Assembly: GCF_001194135.2 (NCBI RefSeq)
Contig: NC_068992.1
Location: forward strand, 34,725,758-34,782,034
Source: Octopus bimaculoides
Lineage: Eukaryota
Reading direction: 5' to 3'
DNA length: 56,277 nucleotides
The notes below the pieces were generated by a model. It was not told where the DNA came from, did not search any database, and saw only the letters and a program-made list of their open reading frames with translations. Below, piece by piece: positions 37,701 to 50,985 of the stretch. The position numbers were made by a program, and so were the translations under genes. Each line of letters begins with the position of its first letter. Position 1 is the first letter of the stretch.

Positions 37701-38984
37701 TGTCATGATGATTATTCTGCATAGTTGAAAAGAAATGTCTTTGTTATATTTTACAGATTTTTACCTCAAAAATTTTCAAAATTTCTGTTCGACTTATTTT
37801 GTTAAAGTTTTTGGGAAATATTCATGATATGAACCATCAAAATCAAAATGACTAGATTTTTATATGAATACCACAAACAATGAGTAACAACACTGTCACC
37901 ACTAAACTATTTAGAATTAAACAAAATAACAATATTACATGAAGTCCAACTTGAGAATTGTTATAACTATACCCTTTAGACATGTCATAGTTATTTGTCC
38001 ATTTGAGATTCAATGCCAAAGTTATCTCAGTTCTTTTAGCTTTGACAGAATCAGACAAATCGTATCAGACCACTGAGATTGAATCTATTTGCTGTGATTT
38101 GCATGTCAAAAGCATTACTGACAGATCTACATTGATTAGAAGTACAGAGTAGGGTGGTTGGTGGAAGCAAATATCTAGCCCCGGAGACTGGAAGCAATAT
38201 TGTTTTTATCAGGATTGCTGAATGAAATCTTGATAAGATTTCTCTTTACTGTTAGGATTAAGTGTCTATAAAACAACACAAGTTACTTGGTACAGAATTT
38301 CTGCTGTGGGCTAATAAAAGATACTAAAGATCTGATCACTCAGTGCTGTAAAACATGTAATAATAAAATACTAATATTTAATTTGGAATAAAATGATATG
38401 CTGATGACAAAAACTTAATAGAAAACTTAGAAATACAAAGTTGATCATAGATTGATGTCACTTTCTTTTCTTTCTGTTTTTCTTTTTTTTTTTTTTTTAG
38501 CATAAACACTATGTTAATTACATCAGCTACAACATGTGTGCATAAATGTGTTACTTCTAATGATTCACTAGGCTTTGTTACTTAGGCAATTTTTCTTTTA
38601 CTGAAATGGAAAGCAAGTAAAATGTCTCTGGTATGCAAATTCTTTAGGCCTCAGATAATTTCTTTAAGGCAAAAAGATTTCAAATGTTTAGGGTCTATGC
38701 AATAAAGTAATGAGACTTGTGCTTGTTCATTCTTTCTTTCTGATATGTGGGTGTGTGTGTATATGAAAGTGTGTGTATATGTGTTTGTATATATGTGTAT
38801 ATATATGCAGGTGTGTATATATATTATATAACCATAGGACAACAAAGTTTTTGAGTGCAGCACAAAAACATAGTGCAGCAACTGGCATGGTTGCAAACAA
38901 AACTAAGCCATGCACACTGCACACAAGACAGCCACGAATGATAGACCCAGGGTGGTCACCATTGCTGCAAAGCCAGCAATAACA

Positions 38985-39240
38985 CCAATTCTGATAAATA
39001 TCAGAGGCCTCCTACAAAGCAACAGTAAATGCAAAATTTCATACCTGAAGCATCTTTCTGCATGTAATCAAGCAATATGCATTGCCCTTATAGACACATC
39101 TGTTTGCAAACATAAATGATGCAGAGATACTATTCAATATTCTGTCAAATAACCACAGAAATTTGCAAGGTGCAGACGTGGACATCTTCAAAGAGTATCT
39201 GGATAAATTTTTATCTGGGATATGAGATGAATCTATAACT
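38985..39240 (+). mobile_element. CR1/L2-type LINE deletion derivative (APE endonuclease N-terminus fused to the RT 3' end)
   Basis: ILINIRGLLQSNSKCKISYLKHL..CIALIDT..INDAEI is followed directly by LFNIL..RNLQGADVDIFKEYLDKFLSGI*DE. Confidence 0.65.
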
Positions 39241-39339
39241 CTAATATTAATGCTAATAGCAGAAGCCACAACAATAACCCTAATACTAACATTAATGAGA
39301 ACTATATTGAGGATAGCCCTACTACTTTGGCTAACAGCT

Positions 39340-39373
39340 ATCCAAACGATAATAATAATAATAATGATAAATA

Positions 39374-39420
<47 letters not shown>
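39340..39420. repeat. (AAT)n(GAT)n microsatellite
   Basis: Directly visible. Confidence 0.95.
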
Positions 39421-39421
<1 letters not shown>

Positions 39422-41840
39422 GCAAGAATACTTTGAGAAACAACCGCATTAATGGACATTTAGGGACAAACAAACAGGATACTACTGCCCTTAATATTTC
39501 CCAGGAATCTAGAATATTCACGATCTCATTTATTAATCAATATATTATAGGTACAAATAATATGCATAATAGTGATAATACTGGGAGTGGGCTGGAGAGC
39601 ACTAACCTAAACCTTAGCATGCTCTGTAATAGTACAATATTCAATCCACATGCAGCAAGCTCTTATGTATCAGATTGATCTAGCTGCAACTGAAAATCTA
39701 GGAATGAATGTCCACTGCAAACTCATTGTAGAAGGTTTAACATTATCTATAAATATACAGTTCATAACACCCTCCTATACAATTCTACTAGATACTACGC
39801 TGGAACCACAATTAATTTCAAGCATTGATATTTGGCCCATTTAAATTTGTTTAAGTATGAAGAGCACAACAAGCCTACCTTGCTAGCTGACCACATACAT
39901 TACCTTATGAAAAAGAAAATTTCCTACGATATATTCTAGTCTCTCTTACCAAGACCAGCACACTGCTTACAGGCTATACCTAAAAGAATACTTACATATA
40001 TTGCTAGATAACTGTACACTGTTACTTAATAAGTAGCATGAAACATTCTCCAAATTCTTCAAGTCCATCAAATTTTTCCATAGGTCTAAGTGTAAAAAAA
40101 AACCCAACACATCTGATTGTCACTAACATTTAACTTTATACTATTATTAAATGAACAGCATTTAACATTCTCTCAGTATACACATGGTTTCCATAAGCCC
40201 ATAGTCCCCCCATTAGTGCTACAAATACTAAATTTTATTTTTAATCTAAATTCAATTTCAATTTTAAGTGTTAACCCCATTTTCATTTTAATTACTTATT
40301 TTTATTATTTTAGCTATTTACATTACTTTTATACCACATATCTTAAATCTTTTTTGTAAGTTGACATCTAAATCTTAAATCTTTTCTTTACAGTTTGGCA
40401 CTTATTTCTAGCATTCTAGTTCTCCTTAGTGGCTGGTGAACCATACATATCCATCCCAGTAAGATTTGACTACCCATATTTACACTTGTCTATTATCTTT
40501 CTTATGTCCACTTTATTATCCACAACCTACCCCTTCTTTTTGATACCCTAGCCCCATAGAGGCTGTTTATTCTTTCCCTTATATGTCCATCTTTACATAT
40601 GCCTTCTCCACCAATTTCTTTGGATGGGAATGTTAATTTACTAGCCCTTCTCCATTCTCTCCCTCTAATTTCCCAAGACTATAATACCCCTCATTATATA
40701 GATCTACCTATCTTTCTCATACCGAAATGTATTATTCATTCCTCCTCCTTACCTCAGGACTGAATACCCTCTGATAAACTGAGCACAATATACCTAATAC
40801 AATGCTTCTATCTATCTATCATCTTCCCTCACACCAGAATATATTATTTATACTGTGAAACTGCTAGCATTGACTCTAACTCTAGAGTGAATGCTTTTCA
40901 ATATACTGAACAATATATATCCAATGTTTACCTCTTATACCAGAATGTATCTTTATTCCATGCACAATGCTGGATCTGCTAGCATTCAACTTCACTTTCC
41001 CTCAATATAGAGTACTGCATAACTATTCTTTCCCTCTCCTCACCACTTGACCACTCTTTCTGATCATGGATTTACCTAAAGAAGACCCGATGCAACTGGA
41101 TTTAATTGGACCCTCCTACCCTCCTGAACATAATGAACCACAACAAATATCACTGATGAGGAGCAGCCTTTCCACTGTCTAACCTATATTTCTCTGATGT
41201 TGGATACCTGACTTATAGAGTCTTCATTCGATACATCGCTCCATTAGCTGGGATATCCCAGAGACAGCTGTCAGAGACTGTCTTTACCGGTTTTGTACTC
41301 TTTTTACCATTCATTATGCAGCAAAATTTTTAGATTAAATTAAATGAAATCAAATACCCTAGTCCCGACTTATGCTTAGAAGAATTTTACTAGATTTTCA
41401 CATCCAAGTGTAATATAATAAATTTTTGACAGGAACAGGCTTTGAGATGCTTGCACAAGAGGAAATTCACATTTGCCAAGTATAAATGTATAATAAACAT
41501 TTAAACTACAGAATGTTTTGAAATAATGAACTATAAGCGATTATCCAATCAAAACTTGAATTGAAGATTGTTAGCATCTAATTTAACAGACAACTCTACA
41601 TCATACAACACAGAATAGATAAACAAAAGACTTTGAACAGTTAAATCAAATGATATTAAGTAAAGACCCCCAAGAAACTGCATCAGTATTTATAGTAGGG
41701 TTGAAATTGTAACAGTTAACAATCAGTACAGTTGAAACATGCATAGGTTTATGCAAAGCTGTATATATATAAAAAGATTTAAAGGTAATGCTGTGCAACT
41801 TCGTAAATAATCCTAATTATTATCATTATTGTTGATATAA

Positions 41841-41873
<33 letters not shown>

Positions 41874-41879
41874 CATATA

Positions 41880-43132
41880 CATGGGTCAGCTGAAAAGTTC
41901 ATAGGCTGATCAAGACGCTCTCATGGAATGTGACCAAAAGAAGTTTATTTTTCAACATAGCTCCCTTTGCAGTCCACATATTCTTACACCAGTGTTGCAG
42001 TGCTTAAATCTCATTGCTGGAGGAGGTTTCACCTTGTTGGTCAAAAAAGTCATCAACAGTAGACATGTCATCAGCACTGCAATACTGGTTCCCAGCCAAG
42101 TGTTTTTTTTCATGTTGGGGAACAGAAGATAGACAGATGGGGCCAAATCAAGAGAATAGGGTGCATCATCAACCAGTTCAAACCCACAGTTACATGCAAC
42201 AGCCATGGAAATCAAGGAATTGTGCACTGGAGCATTGTCCTCACGAAGCAAGACCTCTGTCATCAGTGTTCCAGAGCATTTGATCTTGATAACTTTTTGT
42301 AACTGCCTCAGTAAGTTGAACTAGTACTCTCCATTGATGGTGTGGCCCTTTTGAAGACAGTCAATAAAAACAATGCCTTTTGCATCCCAAAACACAGAAG
42401 CCATTGCCTTCCTTGCAGGTGAAATGACCTTCACCTCTTTGGGAACAGGTGGTGAGGGGTATTTCCACTGCAGAGATTGTCTTTTTGTCTCTATCTCAAA
42501 GGGATGAACCCAATACACATCCTGGGTTAGTAAACACTCAAGGTAACTAACTGGATCTACCTCAAACAATATCAGATTTTCCTGTAATGTGACTAGCCTC
42601 ATGTACTTTTGATCGGATGTCAGAAGTTGTGGTGCCCACAGTGTAGAAACCCACATTATGCCAGGTTTATTGTGCAGAATATTCTCAACTCTCTCATGAT
42701 ATATGTTAATAGCATTGGATATTTGATTTATAATCAATAACCTGTCATCCATCACCATGTTGTGAACACTATCAATATTTTCTTCGCTAGTGGCAGTTGC
42801 AGGATATCCAGACATTGGGTAATCTTCAAGACTTTCCCTGCCCCTCCTACATTCAATGGTCCACTGTTGATAAAACTAGTGAGTCATCCCCTAATGTAGC
42901 AACCATGTCAGAACGAATGTCCTATTCTTGAAGGTACTTGATTACACCACGGTGTTAAATTTTGCTCATTTTCAAGAGAAGTCACAACTGGTTTCTTCTA
43001 GTCTTCTTTGAACTATAGTTCAAAGAAATGAGGCAGTTATTAATTAAAAGAGTTGTAATTATGCATTCAAGATTTCATAGCTCTAGCATCACTCCTTCAT
43101 AGTTAACCTATGAACTTCTCAGCCCACCCTCG
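41880..43132 (-). mobile_element. Full-length (1253 bp) decayed mariner element with both TIRs and TA target duplication
   Basis: TA-catgggtcagctgaaaagttcatagg ... cctatgaacttctcagcccaccctcg-TA. Confidence 0.95.
41945..42969 (-). pseudogene. mariner transposase pseudogene
   Basis: MSKI*HRGVIKYLQ..SGYPATATSEENID..WAPQLLT (WVPxxL)..LTQDVYWVH..EDNAPVH..YSLDLAPSVYLLF, with stops and frameshifts. Confidence 0.92.
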
Positions 43133-43286
43133 TATGTCTGGAAAGAGATAAAATTCATTGGAATTTCAAAAAGAATAAAAGATTGTAGAGGCAAAATAGA
43201 GCTACCAACAGCCATAAAATAATCAAAATATTTTTCTTCTTAATTCAAATATTACAAAGAAATGGAAAAATTTAGTTGACAACCTG

Positions 43287-43318
<32 letters not shown>

Positions 43319-45399
43319 ATGGTGGAAGCAAACACATGCCAAAGTAGAGCTGTCTGTTAGACACACAAAGCAGTTTCTTAAAGTGCAGCAGTAACAGAAC
43401 ACATTACCATATTGGTGATCAGAGAACCTTGACTGCTCCCACATATTCCATATCTAATGTTTTCACTCCATAATGAGGGAACATCAAAAACAGTGGCATT
43501 TCTCTGTCCAAGGTGCAAATAAGACCATAATGGTCACTTTTAAAATGTCTGTTGCTTTCTGAAGTTCCTGTTCTTAAAGTGATTATTGTGATTGAAGTAT
43601 GCACTGAACACTCTATTGTGCTCTGAGAGAACAGCTTTCTTGCCTAACATTGGTTGGGATAACATCTTTTGGTGATGTAATCCATCATACCATCCTGTTC
43701 AATAATTAGTTTTCATACCATATAATGGAAAGAATAAATTGTTGACATATAGAGCAATGGTTTCTTTGCACTTCTTCCATCCTACTAATAAGTGAAAAAA
43801 ATCTTGCTTGACTTTTCACTATTTATAATTAGTGTTAATCTATGAGACACGTTTTAAATTTTGAATGCAAGAAATAAGATTATTTCCTAAGTGTCAATAA
43901 TTATTTCTTTCGTCTTGGTACAATATTCTCTTGTAAAAAAGCAAAAACTTTAGCTCCCTGAATAAATACTTTATAGCTTACTGATATTGAATTTATTAAC
44001 CTAAGAAAAGCTATAGGAATAGATTATCTCAGCTGGATTTGAAATCAGGAAGTGACATATCAAATTTTGGATTTCACAAAGCATGCTAACCGATTGTAAC
44101 TGATAATGTAAACTTATTTTATGACATTTTTACATTCTTAGAATTCATATATCTATCTAATTATCCCATGATAAATTTCACAAACTTGGATAGAAGATAA
44201 GTAAATTCTACCAGCTAGATTCCTAAGATTATCTTCTGAATTATTTTATATTTGAGTTTGCTTTAACAATTAATGATATATTTTGTCATGACAATTCTTA
44301 AGATCTTTTAAATGAAAATATGCTCTCTGTCATTTACACACAGCTATTATGGAAAACACACAGTGTAGTTATGTCATTTTTCAAGTTGCTTAATTGAAGA
44401 AGTACTGGTAGTCTTAGAATATTAGAACATATATTTAACACAGTGAATTAAAGACAAAAACAGACAAGTAGTGTTTTATTTACTTTTATTTAATAACTTA
44501 TTGAGATATTATTTAAATTAATCAGACTATATATTTTTCAAAATGCCTAAATTTATAGAGCAAATTCTGTAGCAAAATTTAATTCCTATTAGGTGGGTAC
44601 AGACAAATGATGGACAAACATACACATAGACATACATTTTTTTGATAATAGGAAACCTGTCTCTTTCTGTGTGAAAGACATATATGTTTATATCGAGAAA
44701 GTTAATGGAAAGACAGTTTTACAAAAATACATTACTTAAATGTGCCTCAGTACAGAGCAATTATTATAGTTTGCAATCATTCTTTACTGAATATTTATTG
44801 CAAAAGCAATCTTAAAATAAAAAAATTTGGTTCGAAATTTATTCTTGCTTAAAATTTGATAAAGGCTAATGTGACAAGTTGATATTTTAATTGCCTGAAG
44901 CACACACTAATTTTATCTCTTTGCACAGTCATTTGTGCTAAAATGTAATGAACAGTTTGTCAAGGATTATAATTAGTAATGATAGCAGATTCTATTCTTT
45001 GATTTGCTGATCTGAAGAAAATGGCAGATTTCACAATCTCTAGAAACACTTTTAGAAGTTACTTGACATTAAGAAATTAAGGCTTAGTTTCTCCAGTTAT
45101 ATGGCTTGGATGAATTAATGAAGTATTGGGCTTGTAGTTTTGGAGTTCATAACCAAGTACAGGCAGTGTGTTTTCTTTGGTCAAGAAGTTTATCTCTTCT
45201 TGCCCAACTAACTATGGAATTTTTTTCATTAGTTTTATTTTGATTAAAGATTCTGGTAAAATCAATGCCATTAATGTTACTCTTTAACTAGAAATAATAC
45301 AGGAAATTTGTTCAAGGAGAAAATTCTAGATGAATAACATGTTGAGAAGGAAAGACAATGAGAACGGGTTAGTGCAAGCTATGATAGGATAAAATGTGG

Positions 45400-45850
45400 A
45401 TGATAACATAGGGTGGAAACAGAAATTGAATGAGTTTGGAGTGTCCAGTGGAAGTAGCACAAGATCTGTCAGCTCCAAAAAGCAACCAGAATTTACTATT
45501 GCAGTGGTAGAAAAAGTAGAATGAAGAAGTAAGATATTTGTTTGGTAGCCCATTTTTAGAAGGGTCTGTATGTGTAGCATCACCACCTTCTGTATATGCG
45601 AATAGTACTCCATTATAGGTTTCACTTGAACATCGTAGAGGAAAAGGTTTGTAGTAGTTGAAGGACTATAAGTTCTTTTAGGCCTGAAGAAGGCCAATCA
45701 TTGAAATACTGTTTTGGCTATGTTGTAGAGGATCATTTCTGTGAGTAGATCCTTGGTGACTCTGATGTCTGCCCTAATGGTTCTAGTTATATGTTATTCA
45801 TATTTTAAGGGCTTCGCAGTATTATTTCTTGATGTGTAGAAATTGTTCTT
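45400..45850 (-). mobile_element. Degraded CR1/L2/jockey-group LINE RT C-terminal remnant
   Basis: The minus strand encodes NIAKTV..LAFFRPKRTYSP..LYDVQVKPIMEYYSHI, which resembles LYKAQVRP.MEYCSHIW. Confidence 0.55.
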
Positions 45851-46036
45851 CTATGAGGTTGACAGGAACTAGATTGAGTATCTAATTAGACTCAACAAAA
45901 TAATTTACATACATTATGCAAATGCTACATTTAATGATTGATTGATTCTCACAGAGTTTTAAACCTACACTATCTGGAATTAATTTAACTACATGTATAT
46001 ATGTATATATATATCACAATGGCATTATACATATTG

Positions 46037-46037
<1 letters not shown>

Positions 46038-46100
<63 letters not shown>
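46038..46100. repeat. Perfect (CA)n microsatellite
   Basis: Directly visible. Confidence 0.97.
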
Positions 46101-46103
<3 letters not shown>

Positions 46104-46515
46104 TGTATGTATATATAAGTTACAATATATGGATTCAAGTAATTCAATAGTACTTATGAAAAAAGCTCCTTCATGCATCATTCTACAAACCATATAGAAT
46201 ATATAGCATGATACAAGAGAAAGCAATGAGTGTAGAAAACCATAAATGACAGAGAAATAGTTTGATGAAATTCTATTCAACAAAAAGAAAATTCTATAAC
46301 CACAACAAGTTGCTTCGTAACTTAAAAACATGTAAATAATTTATATTATTGTATTTAATAATAAATGAATTACTTACATTCCACATTAATGCAAAATGCG
46401 AAAAAATCCTTCAAAATAATGCAGAATTTAAAGTACATTTTATTGTTATATAAAATTTCATCAAACTATTTCTCTGTTGTTTATAACATATATATATGTA
46501 TGTATATATGTATGA

Positions 46516-47591
46516 GTTCCACTCCAGGGTTGTCTGTTGGAATTTCGGAGAGCATGGCAGCAATGTAGAGAGAAAACAGGGTTGGAGCAAGAACACATCC
46601 CTGCTTCAGGCCACAGGTGATCTTGAATTCTTCAGAGATGTCAGTCTGATAAAGGATTCTTCCCCTCATGTCATTATGGAAACCCTTGATCAGCGAAATG
46701 AAGCCTCCAGGACAATATATCCCACATGACCTCTCTTGGAACACTGTCGAATGATTCTCCCAAGTCATAGATGTCTACTCTCAGCTCTTCTCCTGAATCT
46801 GACGTGCACGAAAGATCGTGTCGATGGTACCTCTTGACCTTCTGAAACCACACTGTGACTCAGGAAAGACTGACTCAGCTACTACTTGGAGACGTTGTAA
46901 CAAGATTTGAGCAATGATCTTGCCTGCAATTGAAAGCAGAGAGATGCCACGATAGTTACAACAAAGGCTCCTATCCCCTTTTTTTGAAGATGGTAATAAT
47001 GACTGCATCTTTCAGATCTTGAGGAATCTGTTTCTTCTCCCAGATCTTCAAAATCAGCATGAAGAGTCTTGCCCGAAGAGCAGGTCCACCCACTCTGAGG
47101 AGTTCAAAGGGAATGTTGTCGGGTCCGGGAGCTTTATTAGGTTTCATTTGATTGAAAGTGGTCATGAATTCGATATGGGAAGGGGACATGACAGTTCTGG
47201 TCTGACAGGGTGTTGAGGAATGTTCTTCAGCGGATCTTCAGAAGCAGTGGATGGGCGATTCAACAAGGCTTTGAAGTGTTCTTTCATGCAATGAAGAATC
47301 CCATCCTTCTCGGTGATGACAGTTGAGTTGTCTGCTGTTTTCAGCTGGGCTGTTGATGATCTTTGGGGACCGCAGATTTCCTTGGTTCCAACAAAAAAGT
47401 TCTTCATATCACAACTGTCAGCAAAGGATAGGAGTTGCCACCATTGATTCTCGATCTCTCGAATCCTTCTTTGGCAGAGTGACTTGGCTTCCTTGAATCT
47501 GGCGAGTTTCATGGAACATGAGGGGTTGTTCAGATGTTCAATGAGTGCTGATCGCTTGGCATCAATCAGGGTGTAGATTTCAAGACTGTTT
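46516..47591 (-). mobile_element. RTE (BovB-like) LINE, inverted 5' segment (linker and RT N-terminal half)
   Basis: [85 protein letters not shown]. Confidence 0.95.
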
Positions 47592-47613
47592 GATTTGCTG
47601 GCGGACTTTCCAA

Positions 47614-48696
47614 GACTGTAGATTTGATGGTGGACTTTTCAACATCTCACGTTTCCAATCAAGACGTCACTGTTGAGAGCACAAGATCACTGAGCTTCAA
47701 TACGCTGATGATAACGCAGCCCCAGCTTCAACAGCAGAGGACCTCCAAACCTCAGCAAACAACTTCAGCAGAGCTTATCAAACCTTCAGCCTGAAAGTGA
47801 ACATCACAAAAACCAAAGTGCTCACTCAACCAGCTCCTCGCACCAACCTTGACAACCCCAATATCACCATCAAACAACCAATCAATTGAGGTCGTCAAGG
47901 ATTTCTGCCATCTTGGAAGTTTTCTGTCACTCACTGCAGGATCTGATAAGGATATCAAACATTACATCCAATCAGGTCATGCCTCTTTTGGTCGTATCAA
48001 AACCAGGGTCTTTTGCAACAAGGATCTGACATTCAAAGCAAAGCTCATGGTCTATCAGGCTGTTGTCGTACCAACTCTACTGTACGAGTGTGAAACCTGG
48101 ACTGTTTACCATAAGAACATGAAGAAACTAGAGCGCTTCCATCAATCCAAACGTCACTCTATCCTGAACATCAACTGAGAAGATCGTATCACCAACAACT
48201 ATGTGGTTGAAAGATCAGGTCTGCTAAGCATCGAAGCCTTGATCATTGAGTATCGTCTCCGATGGTCAGGTCATGTCCGTCAGATGAATGAACACCACCT
48301 TCCCAAGATCTGTCTCTATGGTGAACTGTCTGAAGGAATACGTCCTCGTGGAGCTCCCTTGAGGCGGTAAAAGCACCAACTCAAATCAACCTTGAAAAGC
48401 ACCAACATCAACCCCGCACACTAGGAAGATATCTCAGTAAACAGACCCCTCTGGAGACACACCATCAAAACGGATTCTGTGGACTTCGAGAAAGCCTGCG
48501 TTGCAAGAGCTGAACTCAAGAGACGGGAGAGAAAGCAGCGCCTTCTCCTTCCCAAACCAACCCCTTCTATCACTTGTCCACAATATCCCCGAATGTTTCA
48601 TGCAACCCTTGGATTGCGGAGTCATCTGCGGTTCAAACACCCAGGAAAATGAACTGGATTGCAAGCTCGGAAACATGAGACGCAACCAACAACAAC
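47614..48696 (+). mobile_element. RTE (BovB-like) LINE, sense 3' segment (YADD region, C-terminal zinc-finger-like motif, short 3' UTR, (CAA)n tail)
   Basis: RFDGGLFNI..ELQYADDN..FCHLGSFLS..LLYECETWTVY..RWSGHVRQM..CPQYPRMFHATLGLRSHLRFKH. Stop at 48650-48652. Confidence 0.95.
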
Positions 48697-50385
48697 ATGC
48701 ATGTATGAAAGAATGAATGAATGAATGAGTGAATGAACAAACGAATGAAGGACTGACTGACTGATAACAACAAGACAGCCAGGCAAGTCTTCAGGTAATA
48801 ATCAGTTCTAGAGTCAAATGATATAAAAAGCAGTTCAAGTGAGAAAAAACTGTGTCAGAAAAAAGTAACTATAATACCAATGTTTAGCTAAAGATGGCAA
48901 ATAATAACAAACACTGACATTGATAATTACTTTCAAGTATGGCATTTTTACATGATGAAAATAAACATCAGTTCACAGTTTGAAATTCAAGAACAGAATC
49001 TACCTGATTGAATTATTTTAAATCTTTTTCAAACATAACCATTGCTTATTATATATCTTCTTTTCTCATGTGGACTTTTTGAAGTAGGCCACATCTGAAG
49101 TCATAGTTATGAGAAGGCTTATTGTATTAAACAACCAATTTAATTTATTAAATGATCTATGAGTCAGCTTTGGAAAAAAGAATATGATATAGTCTCACAT
49201 AAGTAGCTAGTTACCAACACTTTATAATCTTGGATACAATTATAGTGACAGCCACTACTGGCAAATTATAAAGTAGGCACAAGTAAAGTACAAACTAAAG
49301 TGATAAAATTCTAGACATTATAAGCTTGGTTGAGCTTTTGTAGGCAGGGGCAAAAGAAACTTTAAAATTTTCAGTATCAAGATGAATCAAGTTTACATAT
49401 TGTGGACAACCAAGTCTGCTTGCAAGAAATTCCTTGGAGATGGATATTATATAGAATTGTAATTCCATGAATATTATGAGATACTATGTTACTTTTTTGA
49501 CATTTTAATGTCATATATTTGGCAATTTCATAAGCAATAATACTAAAATCTACGATTTGTGATTTCCATAATTCTCTATAAATTTGAGCAAACAGGTGGT
49601 TTGCTATATACAATGCATATATATATGTCCATAAAGTTACTTCCCCCAAGCAAGTTTCTATACTTGTAGTCAAAATGAAATAATAATAATATACAAGTAT
49701 GGTCATTGTAAATTAAGATGGCTTAGAATGAAAATTTATCTAAATTAACTCTAGAGTAATCATATTATATTCTAAACAATTTTCAAAGTTAACATTCTAT
49801 ATTCCAAAAATTGGCTGAAAATACATGGTAGATCAAATACGAATCAAAGAGGTACATGAAATATGTGCAGTTTACATTTACATTTCATGTTATTTTTCTT
49901 ATACATTATATCACAATTTGAGAACAATTCCATTGTTGGTGAAAGGTTTCCAATGGTTCACAGAATTTCTGACAAAAAGAGAGAAAATAAAAGTCATCTT
50001 TTTCTATTTCCTCAACAATGCTTTTGATGAAATGGACTAGTGAAGTGTATACACATGTATGCAAATGTTAGTATGTATGAGTATCTATATGCATCACTTA
50101 CTCCTCAGTCTCTGTCTCATTCCATATATAAATGCACACACACACACACACACACATGTATGTATGTAGATATACATATATACATAAATGAAATAGTCCC
50201 TCTCAGACTTATCTTTGAGTTTTTCATTCTAAGTGGCTGAACGTTGCTTCTTTAAACTTGTCACCCACTAGATTATATATATTTATACATGTGGCTCATT
50301 AGTCACTAGTAGAGCCACAAGTGTAAAGTATAAATTTGTCTGAGTACATAATGTTCTCAATGATCAGTGATACTCGTACTCCCCT

Positions 50386-50710
50386 GGTGAAGAGGCCTGC
50401 AAGAGTCCTGTGTTGGTACCATGTAAAGAGCATTCCTGCCAGTGCCATGTAAAGAGCATCTGTGCTGGTACCATGTAAAGAGCATTCCTGCCAGTGCCAT
50501 GTAAAGAGCATCTGTGCTGGTACCATGTAAAAGCCCTCAGAATATTCTGTTAAGTGTTTGGCACTAGGAAGGGCATCCAGCTGTAGAAATTGTGCCAAAT
50601 CAGACTGGAGCTTGGTGCAACTCTCCAGCTTGCCAGATTTGGTCAATCCATTCAACAACCCATGTCAGCATGGACAATGGACATTAAATGATAATGATGA
50701 TGATGATGAT
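50386..50710 (+). mobile_element. RTE 3' UTR and end containing a 52-bp (2x26) tandem repeat at 50409-50531
   Basis: tgtgYtggtaccatgtaaagagcattcctgccagtgccatgtaaagagcatc occurs about 2.4 times, followed by the shared aggaagggcatccagctgtagaaa motif and a (GAT)n tail. Confidence 0.85.
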
Positions 50711-50799
50711 ATATAAACATATTTCTATGGCATTGCTCTAGCATGGCTGCAGTCCATCACCTGAAGCCACTAAAAGTGTGTGTGTGTGTGTGTGTGTGT

Positions 50800-50985
50800 A
50801 ATCATTATCCTTTGATTAGTCTTCCATGCTGACATGGGTTGGATGCTTTGACAGGTCTAAGGACTGCATTGAGCTTCGCTTTCTAATTTGATATAGCTTC
50901 AATCACCAGATGTGCTTTCTAATGTCAACCACTCTACATCATGTATCGGGTGTTTTTTGTGCCACTAGAACTAGTGAGTCACCAT
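50800..50985 (-). mobile_element. Degraded RTE 3' end
   Basis: ttccatgctgacatgggttgga and ctaatgtcaaccactct are reverse complements of the RTE terminal motifs. Confidence 0.6.

Noticed and set aside
39250-39678. 142-aa ORF with poly-Ile/Asp
   Set aside because: It is produced by an (AAT)(GAT) microsatellite.
41140-41260. Hammerhead ribozyme (ctgatgag core), as found in Penelope elements
   Set aside because: I could not find a correctly placed GAAA or stems I-III.
50409-50531. CRISPR-like regularly spaced repeat
   Set aside because: There are no unique spacers, it lies in an RTE 3' UTR in eukaryotic context, and there are no cas genes.
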